Shown here one piece after another: positions 37,006-46,402 of a DNA stretch of 64,000 bases. Made by a program: the position numbers and the translations under genes. The notes below the pieces were generated by a model that searched no databases, had not been told where the DNA came from, and worked only from the letters and a program-made list of their open reading frames with translations. The stretch is from a virus, in IMG/VR virus record IMGVR_UViG_3300009514_000005, positions 70,620-134,619 of that record. The stretch is one strand, 5' to 3'. Numbering within the stretch: the first letter of the stretch is position 1; each line of letters opens with the position of its first letter.

Positions 37006-40000
37006 CCCAATGCCTTTAAAATCTCATCCACCTTTAATCTACCACCAGTTATTCTTTCAATGTCCCTGGCGGCCTCTCTAGCATCTTCCCTTCTCGGGAG
37101 ATTGTTAATAGCGTCAACAGCATCCTCAACACCAATCTCACCAATATAAAACTCAAGCTGCTCTTTAAAAAAATCATCATCTATATCTGGAGAAATTTGA
37201 TTCGTATCTACCTCAGGCTTTGACTCTCCAAAAATTTCAAAATACTTATTTATCCAATGGAGACCCTTGGTAATTTGCTCATCAGAAAGCTCTTCATCAA
37301 CTGGGATATCCGGAGCCATGTAACCTTCTCCAGCCACCATCGCATTAATTAAATGCTCTGGATTTTTAATCACAAGAGTAACCGTTTGATGTTCCTGATC
37401 AATCGTGGCCGAATCAATTCCAGCCGAAGTGCTAACACCCACCTGATTACCATCAGAATCCATTCCAATGTATTCAGCAGGTACATTATCAATTATTTCA
37501 TAAGCTTGCTCTAATGCATCATAAACAGCTTTGACATATTGGGGTTCCATACTAAAAGATTCAGCATCACTAAGAGCAAAGCCAACAGCAGATGGAAAAT
37601 ATTTATCAGCACCATCAAACTGTTCAGGAAGATCAACATTCATGGATTGAATTTCTTGATCCGTATATCCAGGATGTGTCTCAATTTCAAACGGCTCCTC
37701 TAGCCTAGAATAAATCTCGGAATATCCCATATCTTCAATGGCATCTTTTAAAGGAATTTGAACAGTAACAGTACGATCTACTGGAGATGTATCTTGTTCC
37801 GCAATTACTCTACTGGAACCACCAACGCTCTCTTGTTGAATTTCCCCATGAATCCAAACAACCGGAAACATTTTGGCAAAAGCATCCTCAATCGCTCGAT
37901 CCAATTCATCACGATCCGGATTATCTAAATGCATTCCAACTTTGTGCTCATCTTCCGGGCCAGAAATCTTTTTAACTTTGACCGTAAAACCATCTTCTTC
38001 GTAAGTTTCCTCTTCGAAATCTGGTCCACGTTTTTTCTTTTCGATCCCAAGCTGGCGAACATTGTCGTCATCAGCTTCCGCTAGGGGCTTTCTCGGCACC
38101 TCTTTAGCCTCACCTTTTACGATGGGGCCACGATCCCTAGCTGCCAAATCTTCATAATCCAGCTCAACATAATCCACTTTACTACCAAGAGTTTTTTGAA
38201 ACTCTTTTAGATCTTCTTGGGTATGAGCGTAAACATTTAAAGCCGCACCTTCTGATCCCCTGGCGATAGAAATTCCTTGGCCACCTTTTTCCTGAAGCTC
38301 TTCAACAGCTTCTTGCTCTATCGGTGATTTAAGATAAATTGTTGCGAAAAAACCTTTGGTTTCTTTTTCTTCCCTAACGATTCCAGTTGGACCGCTTTTT
38401 CTTGATCTTCTTTTACCTTCGGGCTCAAAATCAAAACTGGTATCTAGTGCAGCCTCTAGCTCACCAATGCCATCAATCTCACCATCCGGATGGACTACGA
38501 TTTCAATATCAAATTCATGCTTAGGATTATCACCAGTTTCATCAAAGCCAGCAGACCATGTGAAAACGCCATACATGGAATCATTAATCATTGATGGACC
38601 GTATAAATAAATCTCCAGAACACCTTTTTCTTTTTCATTGTCTTTTTGGATATCTAATAAATCATACTTAGCAGATGGTTCCTTGTCGGTGCTGTAACCC
38701 ATTTTAGCTAATTCACCAGCCACACGCTTTAAGAACTCAAGCTTTTGATCACTGCTCATCTCGGAAGTTTCTTCACCCAAAGATTCTTTGGACCCAAGAT
38801 TTCTTTTCTTTTTACCTGGAGTCATTTTTGGGAACTCCCCAAGCTCACCACCATAAGGATCAGACCCACGGGCATACCCGCCTTCTTTTTGAATATCTTT
38901 CATTCGCTTGTAGGCAGATGCGGTATGGCCAGAACCTTTGTAGTCTTCAGTTTTAGACTCATAATAATCTTCAGATGGCTCATCAAGATCACTGAATGCG
39001 TCTGCACCGGATTCGGTGAACTTAGCGACACCCTCTAGGGCGATATAGTATTCAGGGTCAACCTCTACTGATAATTCAAATTGATCACCAGGATCATATT
39101 TAGATCGAAACCACCCAGCAGAAAGAACCAACGTAGATACTTTTTCTTTGTAGCCCGGATCATAAACATCATTTTTGTAATCAAATGATAGAGTTCCTTC
39201 CTCTCCAAATCTATATTCAAAGTCTTCTATATCTTCTTTATTCGTTAAGGAATCAAATTTAACCTCAATACCATTGGGTGACTCTTGAGTGTCCATATAT
39301 GATTCAAACCTAACGCCCACCACTGAAGGAGAAAAAACAATTTTGTTTCCAACCTTCTTATAATCAACATCACCCTTAAGCTTAACGAAAACACCAGCAC
39401 CACCGCCTTCTGACACAACACCAGATTCGGTAACGAGTTTTTCCATGGCCCTATCAAGGTACTCAACAATCTTAACCAGAATCCCATGAGCCTCTTCAGT
39501 GTCAACAGCACCTTCCTGAATAGCCTTGGCTATTGTCTCAGCATTTTCCTTTAGAGAAACAAGATCACCTCTAACTTCTAATTGTTTTTCCTCAAGGATT
39601 GGTTCTTTCTTTGGGCCACTTAATTCCTCGTTTAGAAATCCGGAAAATCCACTATTCATATGAGCGGTGTTTTTTTCGGTTTTAACGAACTCTGGCATAT
39701 CAGGAAGATTATCAAAGCCAAGATCTTCACTGCTTGTCCTATCGATTATCTCCTTGTGTTCTTTAACGGATTCCTCGGCTCCGGATCCCTTCACATAAAT
39801 AACAATGTGAACATAATTTTCACTTGGATACTGCTCTAGATATTCTTCAATCTCTTCATCGGTAACATCTGATAATTCTTTCCTTTGTTCTCTGGCGATT
39901 TCTTCTTTGGCTGCATCATGTTCAATTGGACCTACTAAATCCTCTTCAGAAGCCTTACTGATATCTATACCTGAAACATCCCAACCACCTGAAGCTAGTT

Positions 40001-40652
40001 GATCAAGAGCATCCTCGGCGGCTTCTTTTTCCGACATACCAATACCAGTGGCTACATCTTCCCAATCGGTAAAAGATGTTCCAGCGCCTTGCCAATAACT
40101 TGAGTTTTCAACGCCATAATTTTCAATCTCATAATCAGCAACTTTTTTGTCACCGTCTTCATCTTCTTTGATGATTTTCTTTGAACCGTGGTCAGGGAAA
40201 ATTTCATTCAGATCCTCAGCAAGAGCCCCAGCATTTAAAAAAGCCTGGATAAGATCTTTGGACTCACCACCATTTAACTGATGATCTATTTCTTTTAACT
40301 CTTTTACGAGCCCATCGATTCGACCTTTATTTTCCATTTTCCACTCCCTCATATTTTCGAGTAAATTATGCCAGCCTTCTCTTCCGGCAACTCGGAGCCT
40401 TCTTCTTGGGCCAAGCTTTCTCTTGCCCATTCTCTTCTGAATTGCTTTCCTCTTTTTTGCTAATCTTTTAAATCTCGGCTTTCTTCGTCGCATTTTGGAA
40501 GCCCTTTTAATTCTGGACTTATGCTTTCTTGCGTACCTTCTGGATTTGGCCCTTTGAGCTGGAGACCTACGTTTAACACGCTGAATCTTCACCTCTTCCA
40601 ACCAATGTTCAACAAGTAACGCTAAACTTTCTACATCTGGAAATTTGTTCAT
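37002..40652 (-). CDS. Prohead-core-like polyprotein (1216 aa): Arg-rich N-terminus plus several acidic modules
   Basis: WLEE/VKIQRVKRRSPAQRAKSRRYARKHKSRIKR...(reminiscent of T4 gp68-type basic core segments), followed by acidic domains with hydrophobic-x-E linkers; between portal and protease. Confidence 0.7.
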   Translation of the reverse strand: MNKFPDVESLALLVEHWLEEVKIQRVKRRSPAQRAKSRRYARKHKSRIKRASKMRRRKPRFKRLAKKRKAIQKRMGKRKLGPRRRLRVAGREGWHNLLENMREWKMENKGRIDGLVKELKEIDHQLNGGESKDLIQAFLNAGALAEDLNEIFPDHGSKKIIKEDEDGDKKVADYEIENYGVENSSYWQGAGTSFTDWEDVATGIGMSEKEAAEDALDQLASGGWDVSGIDISKASEEDLVGPIEHDAAKEEIAREQRKELSDVTDEEIEEYLEQYPSENYVHIVIYVKGSGAEESVKEHKEIIDRTSSEDLGFDNLPDMPEFVKTEKNTAHMNSGFSGFLNEELSGPKKEPILEEKQLEVRGDLVSLKENAETIAKAIQEGAVDTEEAHGILVKIVEYLDRAMEKLVTESGVVSEGGGAGVFVKLKGDVDYKKVGNKIVFSPSVVGVRFESYMDTQESPNGIEVKFDSLTNKEDIEDFEYRFGEEGTLSFDYKNDVYDPGYKEKVSTLVLSAGWFRSKYDPGDQFELSVEVDPEYYIALEGVAKFTESGADAFSDLDEPSEDYYESKTEDYKGSGHTASAYKRMKDIQKEGGYARGSDPYGGELGEFPKMTPGKKKRNLGSKESLGEETSEMSSDQKLEFLKRVAGELAKMGYSTDKEPSAKYDLLDIQKDNEKEKGVLEIYLYGPSMINDSMYGVFTWSAGFDETGDNPKHEFDIEIVVHPDGEIDGIGELEAALDTSFDFEPEGKRRSRKSGPTGIVREEKETKGFFATIYLKSPIEQEAVEELQEKGGQGISIARGSEGAALNVYAHTQEDLKEFQKTLGSKVDYVELDYEDLAARDRGPIVKGEAKEVPRKPLAEADDDNVRQLGIEKKKRGPDFEEETYEEDGFTVKVKKISGPEDEHKVGMHLDNPDRDELDRAIEDAFAKMFPVVWIHGEIQQESVGGSSRVIAEQDTSPVDRTVTVQIPLKDAIEDMGYSEIYSRLEEPFEIETHPGYTDQEIQSMNVDLPEQFDGADKYFPSAVGFALSDAESFSMEPQYVKAVYDALEQAYEIIDNVPAEYIGMDSDGNQVGVSTSAGIDSATIDQEHQTVTLVIKNPEHLINAMVAGEGYMAPDIPVDEELSDEQITKGLHWINKYFEIFGESKPEVDTNQISPDIDDDFFKEQLEFYIGEIGVEDAVDAINNLPRREDAREAARDIERITGGRLKVDEILKALG

Positions 40653-40709
40653 CTACCTGTCCCTGGTAATATATTCATTCTAGCATGAGCATAATAATTG
40701 ATCAAAAAG

Positions 40710-41057
40710 CTATTTATCCTCAGCCGTTTTCCATAGCTTATCCGGATCTATACTTTCTCCTGAAAGCATTGCCGCGACCATTTCTTCGGCCTCTGTTTTC
40801 TTTTTTGACTCAACTTCTTCCTCGCTCATCAAAGAAACACTATAAGCCTCATCAAGAACAATCTCATTGTTCTCTATTCGAAGTCTTCTGAATTCATTAT
40901 CTTCTTTGACAACGACTACATAGTTTCCAAAAGTGGCGAGTCTTTTCGAGTCTTTATAGTTTTTATTCTCTGAAAGCACATGATCAATCTCGGCCATCTT
41001 ACTCTCAAAACTACCCTTCACAATATTATCCAAATCTTTTACTTGAATGAATTTCAT
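40710..41057 (-). CDS. Hypothetical protein
   Basis: 115-aa ORF in the head operon. Confidence 0.6.
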   Translation of the reverse strand: MKFIQVKDLDNIVKGSFESKMAEIDHVLSENKNYKDSKRLATFGNYVVVVKEDNEFRRLRIENNEIVLDEAYSVSLMSEEEVESKKKTEAEEMVAAMLSGESIDPDKLWKTAEDK

Positions 41058-41512
41058 GATATTTCCCTCTCGAAAAAGTCCTTAAAACTATCCTGCATTT
41101 TAATTACCGCCGTATAAAAATTATCTAGCTCAATTTGAATATCAGCTTCAAAATATATCTCACCACTTTTAAGGTCTTCAATTTTTGTAGGCCATTCTAA
41201 AATTGTCACCTCAGAGATAGCTTCAACTCCAGGAAATTCCTCCTCGGTGATTTCGTCAATCTCTCTGGCTAATTTTTTATTCCAATCAGGGCCAGTAAAT
41301 TTGTCATCCAAAAAATCAGACAACGCATCTTCATCTTCTGGGTCACCATCAAATTCTTTTACAACAGAACTGACATCCCCAAGATCAACTCGACCATCCA
41401 GTTTTATAGTGCCGGGCTTTGATTCGTCGTATGACTCTTCGATTTTAATTTCCATTATTTTTTCCTCATTGTATGCTGAAGATCCTTCAGTAATCCTTCC
41501 ATCCTTGACCAC
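41054..41512 (-). CDS. Acidic hypothetical protein
   Basis: 152 aa; RITE/GSS site followed by an acidic domain. Confidence 0.6.
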   Translation of the reverse strand: MVKDGRITEGSSAYNEEKIMEIKIEESYDESKPGTIKLDGRVDLGDVSSVVKEFDGDPEDEDALSDFLDDKFTGPDWNKKLAREIDEITEEEFPGVEAISEVTILEWPTKIEDLKSGEIYFEADIQIELDNFYTAVIKMQDSFKDFFEREIS

Positions 41513-43230
41513 TTAGCATCAAAACTCTTATCAGTCTTACGCATATCGTTAATTTTCTCATTAAGAGAGTCAGTATTCTTTTTAATACCGGCCATTAAAA
41601 ATCTATCACTGTTAGTTCCATAATATCTCGAAGCGGCCTCGGGCGCACCTCCTTCCGGAGAAGGGGCAGCAGCAGCCGGGGTTGGCCTTGGAGCCTCGGG
41701 AGCAGGAGCCCCGCCAGGAGAACCTCTTTTTGCCACAGCCTTTGCTATTGATCCAGCCGCAGCCCCAGGAGCAGCACCCTCTTCACCCGGAACTTCCCTA
41801 ACCCTAAGCTCTTCCATCTCTTTGATTTGATCATCAGAAAACCCAAGTATATTTGTCATGATCCAATACCTTGGGGCCCAAGCTTGAAACTTATCGGCTA
41901 ACTCTAGTTCAGCACTACGGATCTCTAGTTGAGCCAATTCAAAAATAGCACTAGGAATTGTCATCTGAATTGAAAAATCAACCCTGTCTGGATCGATACC
42001 AATTGCGGCCAGATGAACTCTTCCCATCCTTCGATACCCATTCTTAACTTCTCTCTGGATCCGCATAATAGTTCTGGCAAACCTGGCATCTTCAGCGGAA
42101 AGATGAGTCTTGGCCGTAGACTCTTCATATGTAAGAAATGGTTTTGGAACTTTCAGGGCAGCAAATAATTTGTTTTCGAAAAATTTAATATCATCAATTT
42201 GATCATAAACAGGACCGGCCAAGCTCTCTACCCTTGTCGTGGCGTTGCCTTCCCTTGTAGGCATAAAAAAATCTTCATCTGAGGAGAAAACGTCAAAAGA
42301 CTGATCAAGCTCTCCTGTTTTTGAATTTAAAAATTTCTTCTTTTTAAACCTAGCCTTTACTTGATTCAGATAACCGTTCACCTCGTTTGGGGGAACATTG
42401 CTAACATCAATATAAAATGCGTATCTAGATGGTGCTCTGGAGAGCCTGTGCATTACGATTGAATCTTCAAGTAAAACCAATCTTTTATAAATCCATCTCG
42501 CCGGTTCTCCAATCCCATAACCGTAAATGCTATTGCGGCTTTTTCCTCTGAGCCTCATATGGATCGTTTCCCAATCCTCTAAGACCGATGTTGTATTGTC
42601 TCCGTATTGATTGTTTCTTCCGGTTTCCTTGTTCTCGAGACGCTGAAAGAAATCCTTGGTTGAAACATTAAAAGATCCTCTTGGGTCGTAAAGATAACCA
42701 ATTACGCTTCCGTCCTGACCCGGCACTTCGATTCGCCTAACCGTTGGAGCCGGAAGATAATTGCTGGCCACAACACCTTCGCCACTCTTAACGACAAGCT
42801 CTTGAATATCATTTCCATATTTGCAAAGAGACCTGACCTGCTCCCAGATTTTTTCCTCAGTTTTAACAGTATCAAACATGTCTTCTAGTTTTTCCCGTAT
42901 GTCTTCATCTTCAGCCTCAGGCCAAATAGATTTATCTGAAAGCTGATCAAGTTGCGATGCATCGTCTGAGTACACGTCTAACGCACTGCTTATGAGCGGT
43001 GAGTCATCCTGGTCTTCATAGTCAATAAATCTGGATATGAGATCCTGCTCAACCTTGAGATAATCATTCACCCCTTGACCGCCAGTGGTATTTAGAAAAT
43101 CAAACCCAAAGGCCCCAGACGAGCCAAGCATCCCCGTGGAGCTAATAGACGGGATACTCGGAATGTTAAATTGCTTTTCGCGATTAAAAACATTTCTAAT
43201 AAACGACAACGAATTAGCTACTAAGCCCAT
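41455..43230 (-). CDS. Portal protein (T4 gp20-like)
   Basis: ISSALDVYSDD, VRSLCKYG, HMRLRG..YGYGIGEPARWIYKRLVLLEDSIVMHRLSRAPSRYAFYIDV, EDFFMPTREG, FAALKVPK. Confidence 0.95.
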   Translation of the reverse strand: MGLVANSLSFIRNVFNREKQFNIPSIPSISSTGMLGSSGAFGFDFLNTTGGQGVNDYLKVEQDLISRFIDYEDQDDSPLISSALDVYSDDASQLDQLSDKSIWPEAEDEDIREKLEDMFDTVKTEEKIWEQVRSLCKYGNDIQELVVKSGEGVVASNYLPAPTVRRIEVPGQDGSVIGYLYDPRGSFNVSTKDFFQRLENKETGRNNQYGDNTTSVLEDWETIHMRLRGKSRNSIYGYGIGEPARWIYKRLVLLEDSIVMHRLSRAPSRYAFYIDVSNVPPNEVNGYLNQVKARFKKKKFLNSKTGELDQSFDVFSSDEDFFMPTREGNATTRVESLAGPVYDQIDDIKFFENKLFAALKVPKPFLTYEESTAKTHLSAEDARFARTIMRIQREVKNGYRRMGRVHLAAIGIDPDRVDFSIQMTIPSAIFELAQLEIRSAELELADKFQAWAPRYWIMTNILGFSDDQIKEMEELRVREVPGEEGAAPGAAAGSIAKAVAKRGSPGGAPAPEAPRPTPAAAAPSPEGGAPEAASRYYGTNSDRFLMAGIKKNTDSLNEKINDMRKTDKSFDAKWSRMEGLLKDLQHTMRKK

Positions 43231-43243
43231 CTTGATTTCCTTT

Positions 43244-46200
43244 TTAACCAGTCACAAACGGCATTGAGAAGTTCTTCTTCCAATTTACATAAGGACCGCC
43301 CTCTATAGAAGACTGATTTTGCATTTCTTTTTCCAAACGCTTTCTCTCTGCCTTTTCTTCCCACCCAGCAATATCTCTATTCTCATGACCAGTTCTAACA
43401 GCAACCATATTATGCTCACATACCCAGCTTTGATCATCATCATCAAATGCAAGATATTGTTGAGCGTTCTGCTGCGTGTCTTCAGTCATATAAGTTCTAG
43501 TGTCCCTACTTAAAGTATAGATCGCTCCACATAAAGCATCACTCGAATCCTTTGAATTCCCTTCCGGATGGTCGATTTTTCCAGTTTTGGCATCTTTTTC
43601 TAGCCCTTTAAGCTCAGTTAATAAAGGTTCATATCTATATTGTCGGATACGGTTCTCATAAAAGGCATTCTTTAGCGTTACATACGGAGCGTTAAGAGGA
43701 ATATTTTTTCCCTGGGTAACCCGATCCATACTAACCAGCTCTACTTGATAGCCACGCTGTTTTAAAGTTTGCAGCATTCCTACGGACTGATATTGATCAC
43801 AGGTGACTTTTTTTATGAAAAATCCATTAGCGTGAATTCGATAAATAAGCTGCCTTATTTCAGATTGAACTATCTCGCCATTAGTCGGGGCCTCGATTTT
43901 TAAATGAAAATCGACAATGTAAATAGGGAGTAGCTCATCGGCCTGACCCAGGCGAGAAACCCTTTTGTAGCCCCCAACATGAGCCATACAGATTCCGGTC
44001 AAGTCATTGTTTTTTGAAAGGTCCATATGGATATGACGTGGTGCCTGAGGATTTAACAAAGGAGCATTCTCTCCATACACATTGGTTTTGATTAATTTAT
44101 TCCAATGAATAACAATTGGAGCATCTTGAACCCAAATCAAATCTTTAAAAGGATGAGTCCGATTATCAAACGATTCATAAATTTTATCTCTACGAGCAAA
44201 GAAAGGAGAAATTGCTGCGGTGGCGTACCCGGAAATATCCCTTATGCTATTATGAACAAAAACACCTGGCCCCACTAAAAAATTATTATATTTTTCTACC
44301 GAGATATCATAAACATCTTCTCTGCCAGATATTTTTATTTCTTTTACTTTATGATTATTTGGATCATTAGAATCATTATCACACCAATAACAACCATCTT
44401 TTTTAATACTTCTTTTATTGTGCCACCTTAAATGCCCACCCCAAGAAGCAATATTATTCATAAACCCAGGATTATCTGAACACCATTTTTTCTTGGCTTT
44501 ACCTATTTTATTTTTAGCATCTTGTTTTTTTGCTGGATTGTTTTCGATATTATTTTTTTTAGAAAACTCTATGAAATTATCTATATTTTTTTTTCTTGCA
44601 ATTTTTTGTTTTTCCGTAGGGTTATCACTTCCCCATCCATATTTTTTACCTATCTTAGAAGCAATTTTCTTATGATGATCTGACTTATTATATTTAATCA
44701 TTTGATCGGAAGACCTTTTTTTAAATTTCTTAACCCATTTTTCTTCTCCACGTTTTATCAAATCACTTCTTTTTTTAGCTGATTTTTTCCTAGACTCATC
44801 AGAATGTAAAAACTTTATTGATCTAGACCTGTGAATAATCACATGATCTTTATTTGACATGATTTCTAAATTATCTGGACTGTTATCTTTTTTATCTTCA
44901 TTTATATGATGAACAACATAACCATTATCAATACATCCTTTACTTAACTTTGTTTCAACGGCCACCGCTCGATGAGTCCATAGCTTCATTCCATATTTAT
45001 TACATTTATATGTCTCATAACCGCCTTTGTTTTCGGTCCTATAAAGCGGCATCAAAGAATCACCAACAGTTAACTCATCTGCTCTTTTGTATTCACCTGA
45101 TCGCAATAAAAATTCATGATTATCCGTACATTTAACCACCGCATCATTGTCTAATACAATTTCATAAATCAAAGCATTTTTCTTTGTTAACCTAGCATCA
45201 TAGCCAAGCCCAGGCTTCAGTGTTCCATCGAGACCACATGAATAAACCCAAAACTCTTTTTTCCCAACCAAATCTTTAATCGGAACACATTGACCATTCA
45301 AAAGAGGTATTTCTGTATCACCAGTCAAGCATCCATCCAAATCGTCCTCAAAAGCTTTTTTAAATTCAACCGGAACATCAATAACCCTCATCTCTTCAGG
45401 ATCAGATTCTCCATCTGCCAAGACCCTAGACAGCTTAGAGTCATTACCGATAGCGACCTTAAACGTATGACCGCTATATCTACCCTGAGGCTGAACCTCG
45501 TAAACGGCTCTTTCCCTTACGAAAACATTTGGATCATCAATGGATTGCTTGATTCTTTTTTCCGTAAATGAATTAACGGTTTTCTTTGAGGATATGCAAA
45601 GCAAAAGCCCAGGTAATTTTCCGGACACCATGAATCTGGACTCCATCCTTCTTTTAATGGATGTGTAAATAGCTTCCGCGTAATCCTTAGCAGTATCGTC
45701 TTGGCCCTTTTTCTTTTTAAAAAAGTTGGACTCATCAATGATTGCCCCGAAGCAGTTGGCTCCAAGAGTGGATCTCTCAGTCGAAACACCAGGAGCAATC
45801 CATATACCGTTAGGCAAAAGAATCTCGTACTCCAAACTTTTTAAAGGTTTAAATTCTTTTTGAAAATAAGGGGTATCCTTGATGATACTTAAAAGTTTAT
45901 CCCCAACAATATCCCTGGCTAAATCCTTGGTGACAGATATTCCCAGGAAAGCAATTTTATCATTGGGCTGGATCCCATAAGCCTCATGAGGGTTACGCAA
46001 ACAACTCACCTCGTAAATCATTCGAGCCATAGCAATGACCCCAAAGGTTGTTTTACCAGCACCAATGGATCCACCAATAAAAGCTTCGGAATATTTATTG
46101 TTAAACAATTCAAACAAATCTTCTTTTAACGGTTCAAAAAGACTTCTTCCGAATTTACCTAGGAAATAATTATCAGTAAGGAATGTGTGCATATCGACAG

Positions 46201-46393
46201 GAGGAGTTCGATAAATGCTTTGACTTGCTACATCAAGAAAGGGACTTCGGCCGTTAGACTTAAGGTCTTCAACGATCCTATCAAGCATCCATCGCTCATC
46301 ATTACTGAGAGCGGAAAGATCCTCGTACAAGAGTTTGTCGACTTCGTCAGAGGTGCGAACACTCTGAAATCTTCCTCCTTGATCGTAAAGAAT
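43244..46393 (-). CDS. terL: Terminase large subunit, intein-containing; probable ATT start
   Basis: Walker A GGSIGAGKTT, Walker B AIIDESNF, nuclease HIHMDLSKNND.TG, VTCDQYQS, KDSSDALCG. Frame is open up to ATT 46393, which has TAAGGAG 5 nt upstream. Confidence 0.93.
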   Translation of the reverse strand: MLYDQGGRFQSVRTSDEVDKLLYEDLSALSNDERWMLDRIVEDLKSNGRSPFLDVASQSIYRTPPVDMHTFLTDNYFLGKFGRSLFEPLKEDLFELFNNKYSEAFIGGSIGAGKTTFGVIAMARMIYEVSCLRNPHEAYGIQPNDKIAFLGISVTKDLARDIVGDKLLSIIKDTPYFQKEFKPLKSLEYEILLPNGIWIAPGVSTERSTLGANCFGAIIDESNFFKKKKGQDDTAKDYAEAIYTSIKRRMESRFMVSGKLPGLLLCISSKKTVNSFTEKRIKQSIDDPNVFVRERAVYEVQPQGRYSGHTFKVAIGNDSKLSRVLADGESDPEEMRVIDVPVEFKKAFEDDLDGCLTGDTEIPLLNGQCVPIKDLVGKKEFWVYSCGLDGTLKPGLGYDARLTKKNALIYEIVLDNDAVVKCTDNHEFLLRSGEYKRADELTVGDSLMPLYRTENKGGYETYKCNKYGMKLWTHRAVAVETKLSKGCIDNGYVVHHINEDKKDNSPDNLEIMSNKDHVIIHRSRSIKFLHSDESRKKSAKKRSDLIKRGEEKWVKKFKKRSSDQMIKYNKSDHHKKIASKIGKKYGWGSDNPTEKQKIARKKNIDNFIEFSKKNNIENNPAKKQDAKNKIGKAKKKWCSDNPGFMNNIASWGGHLRWHNKRSIKKDGCYWCDNDSNDPNNHKVKEIKISGREDVYDISVEKYNNFLVGPGVFVHNSIRDISGYATAAISPFFARRDKIYESFDNRTHPFKDLIWVQDAPIVIHWNKLIKTNVYGENAPLLNPQAPRHIHMDLSKNNDLTGICMAHVGGYKRVSRLGQADELLPIYIVDFHLKIEAPTNGEIVQSEIRQLIYRIHANGFFIKKVTCDQYQSVGMLQTLKQRGYQVELVSMDRVTQGKNIPLNAPYVTLKNAFYENRIRQYRYEPLLTELKGLEKDAKTGKIDHPEGNSKDSSDALCGAIYTLSRDTRTYMTEDTQQNAQQYLAFDDDDQSWVCEHNMVAVRTGHENRDIAGWEEKAERKRLEKEMQNQSSIEGGPYVNWKKNFSMPFVTG
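44249..45331 (-). mobile_element. Intein (361 aa) with HNH homing endonuclease and NUMOD3-like repeats
   Basis: N-junction DLDG/CLTGDTEI; block B VVKCTDNHEFL; C-junction VYDISVEKYNNFLVGPGVFVHN/S; HNH VVHHINEDKKDNSPDNLEIM..H; visibly more AT-rich than the exteins. Confidence 0.95.
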
Positions 46394-46402
46394 GTTATCT
46401 CC

